Shown here piece after piece: positions 62,311-64,000 of a stretch of 64,000 nt of DNA. The notes beneath the pieces are model-generated. The model searched no databases, was not told the origin of the DNA, and was given only the letters and a program-made list of their open reading frames with translations. Each line of letters starts with the position of its first letter. The stretch's first letter is position 1. The stretch comes from Octopus sinensis (lineage: Eukaryota), in contig NC_043007.1 in assembly GCF_006345805.1 (NCBI RefSeq), positions 32,984,001 through 33,048,000 on the forward strand, read 5' to 3'. Made by a program: the position numbers and the translations under genes.

Positions 62311-62481
62311 ATTTATTATATAGAAGGAGCTTCTACAGGACTAGTACTGTTTCATTCAAGATTTCTCTTGAATGAAACAGTACTAGTCCTGTAGAAGCTC
62401 CTTCTATATAATAAATTAATTTTACTCTGCTATGTATTGAGTACCTTACTTACTGTGGTTAACCCCGGATCAACCGGGACC
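62311..62481 (+). mobile_element. Putative PLE terminal fragment with a perfect 51-bp fold-back hairpin
   Basis: Arms 62311-62361 and 62366-62416, loop TTTC. Downstream sequence matches 37812-37875. Confidence 0.8.
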
Positions 62482-62484
62482 TAC

Positions 62485-62547
<63 letters not shown>

Positions 62548-63514
62548 ATGTATGTATGTGTATATATATATAAATATACACATATATACACACACATATA
62601 TACACACACATATATATATCTATACACATATATGCATGTATATATATTCGTATACACCTTCATGTACATGCATTCACACACATGCATACACACAATTTTA
62701 TTTGTATATATATATATATGTGTGTGTGTATGTATGTGTGTGTGTTTCCGCCATTGTGTATGTGTGTGTATGTATTTATATATACACACAAACACACCCC
62801 CAACACACATACAAACATACACACAAATGCACACACACATATCCGCCAGACACACACACACATACAAACACACACGCACACGAACACAAACACACATATA
62901 TACACATGCATATATATCCATGTGCACATGCATGTGTGTGTGTTAGTACGCATTTGTACGTGTGTACGCATGCGCATGGGGGTAGGAGCGAGTGTGGTTG
63001 CGCGCGTGTGTACCTCTATGCTGAGTGTGTTTTTGTGCATGAGCGCATGTTTCTGTGTGCATGTGTGCATGTGTGTATGAGCATGTATGAGTGTACGTGT
63101 GCCTGTATATGAGTTTGTATGAGCGGATGTGTGTAGATTAGCTGTACGCCAGTTCGTTAATATTCGTGTCCATTTTAGTAATTCATTCATATTCCTGCAC
63201 ATTGAACAAGTCTGGTGATAATGGTGATAAATACTATTAAACGATACATTTGTTTGGATTAATATACGACCAGAGTTATTAATGTTAGTCTGCATATTTA
63301 TGAAATTCTATTTTATCTTACTGGAAACAATTTCTCTGAGTTATACTAATGCTCAGATAAAGCAGACGATGTCGGCGACGACAATTTTGTACGATGTCTG
63401 ATAGCAAAGCGGTAAGATGCCCAAGTCTTGTTGACAACAGAATGTCGTCGGCAGCCTTTCATTTATTGTTGTCTCAAGTAATGGTTTTTGTTTAGCCCAA
63501 GGTCAGACCTCATT

Positions 63515-63809
63515 GGGCTGAGTTATGATTCAAAGAAATTCTAAATTTGGCCATCTCGCATTTGTTCTTCCTCCACAGAAGTAGAAGTGCTGCAAAAGTA
63601 GTCGTGACGATAGGACGTTGGATCATCAAGTTTTGTTATTGCGTGACGTTGCTGCTCTTTAGCTCCAGGTCAGGTCAACCTTGTTTAAATAAAGTTATGA
63701 TTCAAAGGAATTCCAAACTTGGTCATCGCGCACTGGATCTTCTTTCACAGAAGTAGAAAAGCTGAAAAGATAGCATTGATGATAGGATGTTAGAGCATCA
63801 AACGTTTCT
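63515..63809. repeat. Diverged tandem duplication, unit about 170 bp
   Basis: ttatgattcaaag-aattc-aaa-ttgg-catc-cgca..cacagaagtagaa..gatagga-gtt occurs at about 63521 and about 63695. Confidence 0.75.
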
Positions 63810-64000
63810 TATTTCTTTATTGCCCACAAGGGGCTAAACACAGAGAGGACAAACAAGGACAGACAAAGGGATTAAGTCGACTACATTGACTCCAGTGCGT
63901 AACTGATACTTAATTTATCGACCCCGAAAGGATGAAAGGCAAAGTCGACCTCGGCGGAATTTGAACTCAGAACGTAACGACAGACGAAATACCACTAAGC
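63810..64000 (-). mobile_element. SINE A1 running off the window end
   Basis: tatttctttattgcccacaagggctaaacacagagagg..gacgaaatacc. Confidence 0.9.

Overview
AT-rich, microsatellite-dense animal genomic DNA with no host protein-coding gene that I can support. Its SINE, LINE and DNA-transposon families look like an octopod cephalopod (Octopus-like) genome; this is an inference from repeat appearance. Content: two CR1-type LINE copies; several R4/Dong-like RLE LINE remnants, mostly in (TAA)n tracts; a degenerate Penelope-like element (PLE) with GIY-YIG; short putative PLE termini carrying hammerhead ribozyme (HHR) motifs; an ORF1-only L1/Tx1-like element plus a decayed second copy; mariner, maT/Tc1 and Tigger remnants; two Tc1/mariner-type MITEs; a probable tRNA-Glu pseudogene; and many tRNA-derived SINEs (working names A, B, C, D). 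Most long ORFs in the track are translated microsatellites. Most interesting: (1) perfect fold-back hairpins made from an HHR-bearing PLE end in (TA)n, plus minimal HHRs with a conserved non-canonical core; (2) signs that an ORF1-only element and a SINE subfamily insert at fixed positions inside other SINE heads; (3) a SINE/LINE pair sharing a 3' tail; (4) stacking of Dong-like elements in (TAA)n. Alignments and folds were done by eye, and boundaries of degenerate elements are approximate.
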